A DNA stretch of 64,000 bases from NCBI GenBank assembly GCA_012295275.1, contig CM022670.1:496001-560000 (forward strand). Reading direction: 5' to 3'. The notes below the pieces were generated by a model. That model was not told where the DNA came from. It made no database searches and was given only the letters and a program-made list of their open reading frames with translations. Below are positions 30,686 through 51,560 of the stretch, one piece after another. This DNA comes from Chrysomallon squamiferum (Eukaryota > Animalia > Mollusca). Both the position numbers and the translations under genes were made by a program. Each line of letters begins with the position of its first letter. Positions within the stretch are counted from its first letter, which is position 1.

Positions 30686-32236
30686 TCTAATTTAGCTAAC
30701 TTGTAGAACGTTTAACAAAAGGTGATAAACTGGTTTGATTAACTCGTGTCTAAGTCTGCCCAGCTATTGCTATTTGTTGTGTTACTGACTCGATAAACGA
30801 AATGTTAAGTAGTGAATATTTATCGTATTTTAAATTTTATATTTAGAAGTGGCCAGTGTTTTATGTTTCGTTTTCTTTAATTTTCTGTCTTCCTTGTTTC
30901 TTTAATTCTTTGAATTTTCTTCCTCTTTTTTTTGAACTTTCTTTCTTTCTTTCCTTTAGTTTATTTCTCAACTTTCATTTCTTTTTTTACTCTCATTTCA
31001 TTTTTATTATTATTCCTTTTCTACCTCATTTTTTTGTGGGTTTTTTCCCATTTTCTTTTCTTCATTTTCGTCTTTTTTTTATTATCGTTTTATTTATTTA
31101 TTTATATTGCATTTTCACGAATCCTTTTTATTGCTATTTGTTATCCACTTTTTAATTAGCAATTTTTGTGGTCTGTTATTACAGTTAAAAGGGTAAAATT
31201 TAATGATTTCAAAAAACTAGACTGAATTTAATTCTTTTAGGGCAGTTTACATATATTTCAGCTCCTGTAACTATTCCACGTATTTTTAATCATTATGGCT
31301 TCATACTGTGCGTTTGGAAATAATGTATTCTGTTTTCGAATCAAATGACAGTATCGAATTTTTACAATAACATGATGTAATTCGCGAAGTATTGGTTACG
31401 TGCCTTGAAGTGAGTATATTTTAGAAGATAAATAAATAAATAACAACTATAATAAATAAACAGAAATAAAATAAAATAAAACAGTGATAAATAAATGATT
31501 ATTAATTAAAAATAAATAAACGAATAGTACAAGTCACTTTGAAAATAATTGACTATAAATAAATTACAAACTTTAATTACAAGTAAATATACATTTTGAT
31601 ATCGTACGCACTTTTTATTATTATTATTTTTTTTTTTTATTATGTATACTGTACGTTCAAAACATGACGCAAAAATTATTATATATATTTATATTTCCTT
31701 AAGGACATAAGAAACATATTTTGCTCTGTTTAAACATAAAGTAAAGTGTTATTTAGAATGCAAACTGAAAGCATCATGTTCTAAATCCACTACAAATGAA
31801 AGCCAAAAATACAGAATATCCCCGACAAACGTAGATGCTACTTAAATAGCGATTGCCAGCCTTGTTACTGTTATAATTTTTGTTATTATATTTATTTATT
31901 TTTGAATTTAATTAATTAATAGTTACATTTGTGTGATACCGTAGGGTTTTAACTTACGTAAGATTTCGTAAGTTGGGACCGTGTTTACAAATAAATACAG
32001 ACAAAACCAAAATGATACATATTTTACACACATGTATATCATGTATATTATGTATTAAATACTGTTCACTTTATATATATATATATTCATTACTGAATGC
32101 AATACACTTCTATATCAAACGACTGCGCCAGGGAGTATATAATTATGTGCAATCTGTTACGTCATTAGTTATATTGTTTGTTGAAGCTTACATCATAATT
32201 TTTTCAACTCATACAAGTTTCACATTCATGTGTATA

Positions 32237-32319
<83 letters not shown>

Positions 32320-32923
32320 ATATATATAATAATATACTGATAAATGATATACATTTAATTCTTATTTTTCAACATCATCTATCTTTTATTCATGTTATTG
32401 TAAATGATACTTTGTAAATAAAATAAATACAAAAGACATTTTGATTTTGTTGGATTGCTGCACATTCAGAAAGATCTAAAATGTTTATTGCATTACTTCC
32501 TTATTGATGCTGATATTTTTCAGAATACCAGCAAAATATTTAATGTGAAGTGTAGCTGTTAGAAGAAACAATCTAAAAATCTTATGGAATGACCAAATCA
32601 TTCTTGTTTTGTATTAGGGCCTATCGTTGTTAACAGTATGACAGCAACACGTGAATTTTCGAATATTTGATATATCCTCATTTAGATAAGTCAGTTTCGA
32701 GTTTACTGATAATAGATATTCACTTACACATCATAAGTATGCACCCCACGAGAAGATAGCCTACGGGACCCAGTCTTTTCACAATTTCTCGGCAAGTAAC
32801 CTACAATGTAACATCCTGTAACGTGTCTCGCATATTATGATCGAGCCCTCTACGAAAAGCAATAATTACAGACGAAAAGGTTTGTTTGTTTAAGTGTGTG
32901 TGTGGGGGGGGGGGGGTTTTTTT

Positions 32924-32960
<37 letters not shown>

Positions 32961-33756
32961 TTTTTTTTTTTTTTTTTTTTTTTTAAGGTGGGCACGTGGA
33001 TTTAAGTTTTCTTAATATTTTATTATTAAAAAAGATTGAATCCATTATGACAGCATTGATAATAAATGAAGCAAAGGACTTCTAAGTAATTCTTTTAACT
33101 GGGTAATAAATGGTTAAGTGCATTACTAAAATGAATAAACCAGAGCACACTAAAGTTAATTTATCAGGTCTCATGTTGCTAGAAGGAATCACTATTTGTA
33201 CGTTGTTTGAACGACCGATTTTTACATCCTCCCCACAATCCCTTGTAGCTAATAGACCGGTTTCGTGTTCGCTCTTTAACAAAATACTTGTAACCCAGAG
33301 CCATATGTTTAGTTCCATTTCGCTAAGGAAAAATCACTTAAATAGATTTCATAATTAATAGTATTAGTGTTTATGGTGTTACTTAAATGTATTCCTGTGG
33401 AATAATATACCTAATCTGGTAATTAAATCCATGCTTAAGGGAACAGTAGAACGAAAACGGACTAAAGACCCATTATTTTGACAATATAGCAACATTCGCT
33501 GCGTCAGTTTCTTATCTCACTCCCGCACACCATATTGAAACTATTTTTATATAATATTTTGTAAAAAAAAAATATACAAATTTTTAAAAATTGCAAAAAA
33601 AAAGTCCTTAATGCTAACACAGAATTTACTTTGCGTGTAATCGTGGTGAAATTGCGCAATACCCAATCGAAACGTTGGCTGATATAAATAAAACCCAAAC
33701 TGATAGACTAGGCGGTACAATTCTGTTACTGGTCATGTTTTTAACCTATCGTTTTG

Positions 33757-33800
<44 letters not shown>

Positions 33801-36456
33801 GTGAAGAATGTGTTAAGTCATTACACATAAATAACTACTTCATAAAGATGATGCAGTGTGAACCAATTTTTTAATGGTCAAAAGCCAGTATTTGCGTACA
33901 TCATTCTAAAAAATTGTTTTAATATACTATCTTATTTATCTAACAAAATCCCAAGTTTAAACATTACTGATCGCATACCAAAGATTATTTTAAAAATAAT
34001 TTCACGTGGCCAAATCAATACATTTCAATATTAAGTTATTTGTTGTAAAGTATTCTGTACATTATCTTAAACAGAAAAACTGTTACAGTTACTTAAAATA
34101 ATTTAAAATATGGTGTAGAATGAACACATTTTAATATTAACAATCAGTTGATGTCAGGTATATTTATTTTGTATGCAGATGTACATAGGTTTCTACTGTC
34201 TTATCTACTTGTTTGGCTACTTCTGTCACTTAATATCAGTTTATCTGGTTATTATCTTCCCCTTAATTAATAAGATATATAATATGGCTTTTAAATACAA
34301 GTTATGTTGTGCTAGTAGGAAAAAGGAAAATGCCAAGTAATATTTCTGTCTACCAACTAGAGACATAACAACAAAATGAAAGAAAACCAAATTGTTTTAA
34401 AATATTTAATAGATCTGTAGAATAGTCTAATGCTGAACATTCAGAAATATTTGTAAAATATGTCTTGACTGTAGAAAAGAGAAAAAAGATACCTGTTACC
34501 TATATATAATGCAATAAGAATATTCATGAATACATATGTATATATTTAAGCTCTGTACCAAAAAAAATTATTTGTAATTAAACTACATGTATATAATTTT
34601 CAATAAAACTCATTGTTAAAATAATATTGATTTTTATTATAATAGTTAATTTGGAGAAATGGAGCAGGATAGGATTCACAAATTATTAGTGATAGTCAAT
34701 TAATTTTTTTTAATTTTTTTTTTTTTAAATCATACCAGTAGTTAAATTCTACTGATCCTTAACAATTCAAACCTTTAAGGTCCAAATGGGTGGTAATCTT
34801 TACAACAATAATCTCATTCTGTAACCAGAATAAACTTGATTTCTTTATCCATCAACAATTCTAGATTATAGTTACACTTGACAATTTCTTCTACACATTT
34901 TATTTAATTATAATTAATTTATCTGAACAGTAAGGCAGTATGTTTCACTCAACAAAGCATAAGAGCATTTCAGTAAATATATAAATACGTATTTTGAAAT
35001 AAAATATTTTGATTTTTTTTTTTTTTTTTTATTAAACATGTCAACAATAAATGTCACATCTTTTACCAAAACTGAACTAGGATTTGATTTTCAATTTCTC
35101 CTACTCTATCTCCTGTATTTCTAAATATTTACATCATTAGACAAAATACAATTTCTAAATTAAGCAAAGCTGCAAGACGATAGTTCCTCATTAACTCTGA
35201 AGAAAAAAATCTACTGCAAAATGTATGAAAATTGCTTTTCTTACAACTTTAACCAACATTAAATTTATAATTGAAAAAGACCAAACCCCAGTATTACAAA
35301 GACAACACATAAAGCAAGTTTGTTTTCTCAGTTGTGTTCGATAAAGTAACTTTTGACTTTTCCTCATTAAATAAAACTGTTTTTAACATGTCATTTACAA
35401 CACAACATTTTAATAGCATTAAAATAATTTATTGTCATTATTAAATCTTTAGCTGTTTTGTTGTTTTTCCCTCAAAATTTTTTGCAAGATTTCACATTTT
35501 AAACACAGAAAAACAGTATAAACAACTACTGAGGCACAAATCTATGAATTCTTACAGAAGACCATCAATCAGCATCACATAATTCAAGTAACTGCCCACA
35601 ACAAAGATATTTATATCTGCATAATAATCAAATATTTTATTTGGACATAATTTCATATACTGAATACAAGTCACTGAGCTGATGGACACTGGTGTTTTGA
35701 ATATAATTATTTTCTCCAAGGCACTGCCATTAGAGATTTTTAGTTTTCTTTACAAAATATTTCCACAAGTACCAATCCCAATGATATTCATAAAACATTC
35801 AATATATGTATGTATGTATGTATCAATTTAATAACTTTGTTAGTTAACAAAACTGGTTTCAAAACGAAAAGTGCAGCTCTGCTATAACCCTGTATGGATC
35901 TGTACCTAATGTTTTAGGATTTTGATTCTAAAAAGATGTTTAAATGCCTTTAAGACTATTTTTTACAGTTCTAGAGGTATTTTACACTTTAAAATTTAAT
36001 CTGTGGATAAAAAAACAGATTACTTGTTATAATTATTTCACAAAAATGGTGAGACATGAAGACTAATGGTGGTCACGGTCATCTTATTTTTACAAACTGC
36101 TGATATTGAATAAATAAAGCAGAACAAAATAAAAACAAGTTTTCAGTTTTTCAATAAAGTACTTTTCTTCACTCTTTTGTATGCAAATAAATGAAATATG
36201 ACTTCTAGATTGGTCATGAGGTAATTCCAGCCACATAAAGTAAGAATAAAATAGTAAATATTAACAATGAAGTGTGGAGGTTTGTACAGGATCTAGCATC
36301 ATATTCACAATGTCATGTACTTTACTTCATTCAATACTGTGATAAACAGCAACTTTCTAATGTCATTTTAAAACTGCACACTCTGAGCATTTTCAGATCC
36401 AGATCATAATTATAGTTTTCTTTCTTAATGTTTCCCTTTCTATTTTCTTTTTGACT

Positions 36457-42753
<6,297 letters not shown>

Positions 42754-43480
42754 GACTGAAAATCAAATAAAACTCCACTTGAAAGTCATTAATGAATAAT
42801 AAATAGTAATAATGCTGTAATTACATTATGAAGTGCTGTTTATGTGAAGATTTCAGTATTTAAAAAAGCATGTTAAATATTATCAGCAATTCTGATAAAA
42901 ACACAATGGTAACTTGATTGGCTTGAAACCAGACACACTCTGGTTATTGTAAAATGAACTACTTAGCAGTTAGTGAGTTACATCACTGAACTGAGACGTA
43001 ATTAAAATATTTTAAAATCTCTCAAGTCTTAGTCTAATAGATTACAATGGTTACCTGGTGTCAACTGAGATTAGAGAATTTTTAAAAAAAAAATGTTTTT
43101 AAAGTATTAATTTTAATAGTTGTAAAAATGTTATTTACTGCGTTTTAGATGGTACAATTGAAGTTACGCATGATCCGAAATATTAATAAAATGAAATATT
43201 TAATCAAATTTAATGTCAACCCTGTTCAGTGTTCTGTGTTCATTATTTACAACTTAATTTGAAAATTTAAAAAACTTTCAAGGACCATCACATAGTTGAT
43301 TGAAACAGTTCAATCATTATTATGATTATGATGCTACTTAACAGGTTTAATCCGAAAAACTTTTCAATATTGTGATAATCATAATGCCGGCAAAGGCCAG
43401 TCACAATATTGAATGAAAACGTTTCTGAATGAAAATGACTTCAGATCTTTTCAATATTAATAAGATATCTTTATAATCAC

Positions 43481-43770
43481 CTTTTGTTCTTGGCCCCCAC
43501 AAGGGGAATGAAAAACCTTACTTTCTTTTCAACTGATATTATAAAATATGTTTTAATTTACACTAACAGTAACAGCTACGCACATGCACAACCGCAATGG
43601 CGATTACCACATGGGCAGGAAAACAGAACTTAGACTGTTTTTTAAGTTTTGTCATTGCTTGAAATAATAATATTAAGAACTGATGGCTTAACAGTCTACG
43701 ACATGAGCGCCACATTAAAGGGAGATAGTTCAAAATACTTTTTTTCACTGCGCATTTACGTGATAAACCC
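43481..43770 (-). promoter_or_regulatory. Probable ABCE1 promoter and non-coding first exon
   Basis: Minus-strand donors at 43480/43481 and 43521/43522 and a local CpG-containing patch at 43575-43770. The ATG exon has an acceptor at 42756, so a 5' UTR exon is required. Confidence 0.45.
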
Positions 43771-44871
43771 AATAAAGCATGTAAACAACAGATCAGTCAT
43801 TGTAATTCATGTTTAAGTAATTTTTGCAAATTATTATTTATTCTTTTTAAATATTAAAGTTTTTTGTTAATATTTTTAGAGTTTCTTCAGACATATATGA
43901 TCTTCATTTATTACAATATTTGTAATTTAGATCTTCATAAAAATCTGTTAGTGCAATACTTAATTTTATTCACAGAATTTAGAGATAAAATTATTGTATT
44001 AAAATTTATCTTCATGTCAGTATATATTCATAAATTAATATAAATTTAAGATTATACCTGTAGTGAATCACTCATGCAGCAAATTTAAATATTTCAGAAT
44101 CAGTTTAAGAATTATAGCTTTTTAATCTCCAACTCCATAAAAATTAATGCCTAACGTTTTCTTGAATAAAAACTGAAGACAACAAAAAACAAAAACAATA
44201 AAATATGGCAAAAATAATTTATTGTAAAAAAGAAAATAATAATAATAATATTATTAAATAAATAAATAAATGAATAAACATAATAATAATAATAACTAAA
44301 TATTCAATCTAACAAAAATCACAGTTGTAAAGTTGTATAATGGACGGATTGGAATGTCATTCATCATTTTCAAAAATAAAGAAAATTTTAGAAAGAAAAA
44401 ACACAAACATACATATTACGTACACACCTAAAACTAGTGACAGAATCAAATAAAAATTATACTGCATTAATTTTGGGGGAGTGTATGTTAAAATGATAAT
44501 AATATATTTTAGTTTATTTATAAAGATTGATATTTTGTGCATTATAAATAAATAAAAAAAGGTTTCACTCCAAAGAAGAAAATTATATTGGAACACTAAT
44601 GTTCTGGTTTACAAGCTATAAAAGACAGAATCACTTGTATATTTAAGTAATCACTTCTAAAGATGAAAGTTTGAAAGTTATAAATTTAAGGATAAATGCA
44701 CCATAAATAAAGTACAATCACAATTCACTCAGCAGTCAACAAGGACTTAAGCCAGGAAATAATTCTAATCAAAACAATTTCAAATTAGATTAAATTGGCA
44801 TTATCAAACAATAACAATGTTTTTTAAAATTTCCATACACAAATAGTTTATATGACAGTCTCTCACTGTTC

Positions 44872-47718
44872 CTAGAAGTTTAAGAAATCGAGTTCACGCG
44901 TTATTCTGAGAGTCACTGATAAAATTTCTTTTTGGCCATCCCATTGTGCTTTGCCTCTTTTATCATCTACAGGATGTGGCAGGTGGAGCCCCAGTCTACT
45001 GAAATTAAATACAAATAACAAGATCTTATCAATGTATTTTAATATTAAGATATTTGCAGTTCTGATTAATATTCCATTAATATAAATTTACATGTAAGTT
45101 TATCCTTTACATATAGCAAATATATTGATTGCCAACAGTGAAATAATATTGTCAAATGACAATTTAAATTAGCTTTTGAAATACTAGGTACCTGCATTAA
45201 CAAAAAGAAAATTTTAAAATTTTAAAAATTTTGATTTGCACTGGGGTTTTTTGTAGAGTGTTGATGAAGAAGATAATATTTAACCCAGATACTATCATTA
45301 TTGATTTTTTAATTTTAATCTTCAAAATTTAAAACTTACAGTTTTGGTGTTCTGCAGTCAAGAAATTTTGGTTTTACATCAAGCTCTACATCAGACATCT
45401 TAGTGCCAGGAAGTTGAATTTTTATCTACAACAAAATAAATGACAAAAAAAAAAGAACAAAGATTAATTTACATTTGTTTATTAATTGCATAGATAGAAA
45501 CACTAAAAATATCTTAAATATGTATATGCACACTTTAAAATGTTGATAAAAATATCTAATCTCTCTGGTTTTGTACCATTATTAGGCTTTGTTTGAATTC
45601 TCACAGCATCAAAGATTTATTTCATAAATAGTACTTTAAATAATAAGTAAATGTTTTTGTAAATAATATATGGAAAAATATCATCTGCTGTGTTGAGTTT
45701 GTTCTACATCTCTGTGCTTTATAAATCATGTTTGAAATAAATACGGGTGTTCTTACAACCATATCTTCACAACTGTATGAAGCAGGAGTCTTATTTCCCA
45801 TCTGTAAAAACATGTCTTCTGATGTAACAGCCTGCTTATAGATAATCTCATACCTAAAATTAAAGTAATTAGTAAATATACTTCATTACAATACAGAAGG
45901 AATAATTACAGTGAACTGACCCAGTGTTAAAGCTCTTTTAGTCATAAAACACTAGTCAGTTACAGATTTTTGATTCCCCTGCTCAATAAATAATGGTGTA
46001 TGTAAATGGTATTAATAACTTTTAAAAAATAAGTAAAATGGATATGTCTACATTCATAAATAAAATTGATTTAAAACACTTAAACTGTGTACATCGATTG
46101 TTTTTTTTAAAAAACAATTTGGAAGGAAGTAGCCTAATTTTAGTTGGAATTAAAATGTATATAACTTGGTATTGCCTTTAGTTTCATTAACTATATTTTC
46201 CAAAAATGGTACACGTATATTTGATTCCCCCCACCCCTTTCATTTTATCATGGTTTACACCTTTTCAAGAACAGTATAAATTTAAAAAAATCAAAAATAT
46301 GTAGATGTAAATTTAAGAACAAATAACCTGAATAAAAATGACAATCATATAATTATCAAGAATAAAGAACGGATGTTGTTTTTCTCTCTTATTTTTAATC
46401 TTGGTTTACATTTTATCAAGCAGTCTAATTTTTTTTTTTTTTTTTTACATATATCTAGATGTAAATTTAACGACCTGAATAAAACTGACAATGAATCATT
46501 TATATAATTATTACATAAATCTATTTAATTGTCAAACTTTAATATTTAGGCACAACATATTAAGTTTGAAAAATAAATCTATAGTAATAAGACTCACTCA
46601 GGCTGTGGTCTAGGGTCATATGTAGCATCATACTCAGAACCTTCTGGAACTTCCTCTTCCTCCCAGATATTTTTGCTCTTTGACAATGGCTTTTTATCTA
46701 AAGACAAATTTAAAACATCATCAGCTGTTAAAAGAATTTTATTTTAATCCACAAAATGCCATTATTTCTATTCTTTTCTAATGGGCAATTCTTTTATTCT
46801 ATGTATGCCCAAAGCTTTTGAAACCCATAAAAAAAAATATAATGAGTGCTTTCACAATAAATCTCTTTCAAAAAGATAAACACACTGGCAATTATGACAC
46901 TTTAAAACACAAAAAATTAGCTAACATTTTACATTATTTCATATTTCAGTAACATTTTCATGTCTGTAATTTAGGTAAAGGAAAACGTCATTAAGAATTT
47001 ATACATGCATATATTTCTTTGCCCCCCCCCCAAGCTCTGTTATAATCTATTTACCTGTTGTATCTGTTGACTTCTTAGAAGCTGCAATATCACCTGGCCC
47101 CATTTTGTTCATAGTTCGGCATGGCTGAAATTTTAAATGCCTGTTAAAAATGTTCACATTATGTTCATTTTTTTGTTGCTGTTGTTTGTGTTAAATCAGT
47201 TTCTAATATTCTGTCAAACAAGTTGTTAAGAATGAAAATGCTTAACAATATTAATAGAGGAAACTCTGATAAATACAGAAACTTTCAAAGTGAAAGGTAT
47301 ATTTTAAAAATAATAACATTAAGCAATAAAGATAAAGGCTGTCATGTGTAGGAAGAATTTATTTATTTCAGAACTTCTAGGATTTGTGGAATATAAGGCG
47401 ACTGCCTGAGAATTTAATCAAAATATAAATATGAAACCTGTTTATATTTCAAATACAGTCTTTATATAATATTATTAATAAGTTTGTGTATGAAATAAAA
47501 TTAATTCTAAACCATCCAAAAACAGTAAAATATCAATATCTTGGTTGCTCAGTTGTGAGCTTCTAGGATTTTGGAATTTTGGTCAAAAATCCTACAACTG
47601 GTATTTTAGAATATAATATTTTAAACACCTGATCATCATCACTGTCAGACTCATCGTCCTTAGTTTTTAGAAGATCAGCAAGAGCAGTCACTTGTAAGGG
47701 ACTAAATTCCATCTTCAT
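44872..47718 (-). CDS. DNAAF6: Dynein axonemal assembly factor 6 (PIH1D3), ~189 aa, 6 coding exons
   Basis: Exons 47718-47629, 47124-47055, 46697-46598 (or 46724-46598), 45853-45757, 45425-45340 and 44998-44872 are phase-consistent. The translation contains DSDDD, MGPGDI, IWEEEEVPEG...DPRPQPEYEIIYKQAVTSEDMFLQMGNK, IKIQLP, LDCRTPKLRLGLHLPHPV and RELDFLNF, matching PIH1D3 family architecture. Confidence 0.9.
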
Positions 47719-48995
47719 CTGTTTGATAAAATCCTTGAAAAAACAAATAAAACAACAGTCTAACACTAAAAACTGAAACACCAGAATAAACTTTATAAGT
47801 ATGTTATTAATTTATATAATTACAGAAAATATTTTTATGTACAAGCAAAATGTGGAGGATATTTAATTTATAAACTACAATTATCAACATTTACTTTATT
47901 TTACACACACACACCTGATGTTATACATACAATTAATGAAAAACTTCTTTAGGAAAATAAATGTTGACAAATTAAACGGTATTTAAATGGTACTCAGTAC
48001 TGATATGATACTTCTAGATTAATTTATTATATAAATACAGAGGTGATGTTAATGTTTAACCATAAAGAAAAGTGTGTGTGTAATCAATGTAGTCAGTGTC
48101 ATGAATATCAATAATCCAATATACATCAAATAAATCAATACCATTAAGACATATTTACATTAAAACATTAAGGTTAAAAAAATACATATCTTTTAAAACT
48201 ATTTATATAATTTGTATAGTAAAAATCTTAAATGCTTCCAGATATCAGAATTATCAAATAAATAAACATACAGGATACAATGTATTTTGAAACAACATCG
48301 AAAACTAAAACGGATTACAATATCCCACGGAATCACATAATAAACATACACATATTAGACATACCCACCTTATATGATTTAGTCTTATCTTTTGATAGTC
48401 TTGTATTCAGAGATTTTCCAAAAATTTAAATAATAATGATAATGATCATGTCTTTTGTATTAAAAGTCTTTCTATTTCATTTATTACAATTTTATACACG
48501 TTTTGGCATGTTGTTTTCGTTTGCTCCGCTTGGTTTCCAGTAGACTAATCCACGTTTGGTTATTTTCTTTTCCAAATCGGACGTATTCGGTTAATTTCGG
48601 TGTTCTGCGACTCTTAAGTCTTTGTTAATACAACAGAAATAAATAAAAATAAAATTACGAACATTGTACTTTTTTTTTTGACAAATAAATTTTAAAATAA
48701 CAAAGTTCATAATTATTTCGAACATTTCGCAACTTTCCGCACTAAAATATAACGTTAACATAAACCACCAATTTTGAATTAAGACAGTGAGTAACTACAT
48801 AAATTCATAGCTAACCGTATGTTTAAAGAATCAAGTTTAAAATTTAAATAGGCAAATAATATAATTATACAAGCATGTCATTAAATACACTTTTATTTCT
48901 GAACTACTGGTAACCCAGGATATTCACGGTAAATATTTAGTTTTTATGTAAGATTATTTGGAAATATGTAAGAAACATTCTATAGAAAAGATAAC

Positions 48996-49046
<51 letters not shown>

Positions 49047-49229
49047 AAACAAAAAAACACAAAAAAACCACACCCTCTAAATCTCCCCCCAAAAACCCCC
49101 AAGAAGAAAAGTTAACTAAACAAAAATACATGAATAAACAAAGTTATAATAATAATAATAAATAATAATAATAATAATAATAGTTCATTAATAAGAAAAA
49201 ACATGATGAAAAAAAAATTAATATATATA

Positions 49230-49725
49230 ATATAAATCATAAATAAGAAGAAACAGAAGACTAAAGAAAAACAAGAAACAAGATGACTGAAGAAAAAAAA
49301 AGAAACAAGTAGAAGAAATGACAATACAAGAATGGTTAATTTAAAAAAGATAATAATAATAAAATAAATATAATATAAAATATAAATAAGAAGAAAACAT
49401 GAAGACAGAAGATAAAGAAGAAACCAGAAGAACAAGAATGGTTACATTAAAAAATAATAATAAAATAAATGTAATAATCAAATCATAAATAAGAAGAAAC
49501 AGAAGACTGAAGAAAAAAGAAGAAACAAGAAAGTTTAGAAATGGTAATTAAATTAAAACAATAATCATTTTAAAATCTGTGATAAAAAAGTCATGAATAT
49601 AAAGAAACAGAAAAACAGAACAAAATAAAAAGAAACAAGAAGAATAAGAATGGTAACTAAGCCGATAACAATAACATAAAAAAAAAAAAATTAAGAATCA
49701 ATAAAAGACAATAACAATGGTAAGT
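49230..49725. repeat. Degenerate A-rich repeat with ~100-110 bp period
   Basis: AAGAATGGT(T/A)A recurs at ~49329, 49435, 49539 and 49648, and TAAATAAGAAGAAACAGAAGACT is duplicated at ~49240 and ~49487. Confidence 0.6.
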
Positions 49726-50286
49726 GAATAGAAAAAATAATAATCATTGAAAAATAATTATTCAATTAATAAATACATGGTAAATTATGACTGTATAGAA
49801 TGAAGTCTGAAGAATGATAATAATAAATAAAATCAAAATTTAGAAAAATAAAAAAATCTGAATGTGGAAATAATAATAAAATTATATATATTTATATCAT
49901 TATTTTATGAACATAGACTACTAAGCTTGAATACAAATATATACATATATAATGTTAATATTATTTTAGTTTTATTAATTTTTAAACTTTATTTTTTTGA
50001 TAAAGGTAAATTGAATGTAAAAATTAAGACAAACATTTAGAAAGAAGAAGAATGAAAAAAAAAGAAAAAAAATGTTCACATAACAAATAATTAAAAATAA
50101 AAATAAAGGTTAAAAAAGGAGACACACACACAAAAGGGATTTATAAAAAAGAATTTTGTTTTTTAAATTGAAGACAAGAAAAATGATTAAAAAAATGTTA
50201 TGAGAAGATGTCAGGATGATTAATTTTGGAGACTAAGAGAATTAATTTTTTATTCCTTTTTTTATTTCCTTTTTTATTCATTTCAT

Positions 50287-50317
<31 letters not shown>

Positions 50318-50989
50318 CTAATTTTTTTTTTTTTTTTTTTTTTTTTTATCAGAGCTTTTGTTGCCTGATTACTGAAAAAGGATAGTTTGGATTTTTAAAA
50401 AATTATTTAAAGATTTATTTATTTTTGTTTTATTGATTTATATAGATTCAGTGTAAACAGAATGGAAAACTCTTGATATAAAATAAATACATCTGAAACA
50501 TTTTTTTTGGGGACAAATAAAATAGTTTCATTGTTATTTTATATACATTTCAAATATAGCCTTAAAGCTCAAATAATGTTTGAAGATTTTCATTTAACTT
50601 ACCAAAATATTTCAGATCGCAACTGAATTTTTCAAATTTTACAAAATTTGTTATAAAAATTATGTAATGAAATGAAAGTTTGTAGGTTTTTTCGTTTCTT
50701 TTCTTCTTTTTCTTATTTTTAGAAAAATATCTATTAAGAAACAGTTTGTTATTTGGTTATAACCTGGATTTGAAAGGTAACTGAACAAGGAAAAGAAAAG
50801 ACAGTTAACAATCAGACTGGAACTGGTAAATTTATCACACTTATCCTAATGTTTTAACTGTACTGACGAAAAATACTGAAAAGGTTGTAATCAGATACAC
50901 TGATCAATTTAAAAGCAGAAAGTCTTGAAAATGTTAAGATTTTGTGAATTCGTCTGCTCTTTGCAAAGAGAATGGGGATGTTAATGCCA

Positions 50990-51560
50990 CACAGTATAAC
51001 AATTACGTTCATTATTTAAAATAAACTGGTCATAAACATACAATTTCAAGATTTACTGTATGAACATAACACCAATTTGTTTATCACTGAAATTGTGTTA
51101 AATTCCTTAAAAACAAGATTATGGATATTCTTTATACCTAAGATGAAGTCTCCCAGTAACTCATTTTAAATGGGAATCAAAATAACTGTTCTGTACATTA
51201 CAAAAAGGTCTGAGATTTTCAAGGAATATTAGATACTATTTCATAATAGGACAAAGTCATTATTATTGATTTAATAATTGTCAATTTGTGTATTCTCATC
51301 TAAGGAAATTCTAAATTGAAACACAGGTCATGGTAGCACAGACCTCAAAGAAACAGAGCTAAATGGTTGAAATGTTTCATTAAACATTAACTTTGCTCAA
51401 CTGGTGAAGTTCAAACTGATTTGACTGCATGATTAAACACATTTCACCAGTTTACATCTAGAAGAGATAAAACTGAGTTGCCTTGCGAGTTACCAGCAGA
51501 TATGTATATGATGTATTTAATTCTGACACCATTAAAACATTGCTGAAGATATGAAGTTAA
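50990..51560 (+). mobile_element. Heavily decayed non-LTR retrotransposon (LINE) APE-endonuclease fragment
   Basis: Frameshifted, stop-riddled translation gives, in order, LRSL..NK, QFQDLLYEHNTNLFITEIVLN (ITE motif), GYSLYLR, DKVIIIDL, RNRAKWLKCF and FAQLVK. This is the motif order of LINE APE domains. Recognised by eye only. Confidence 0.45.
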
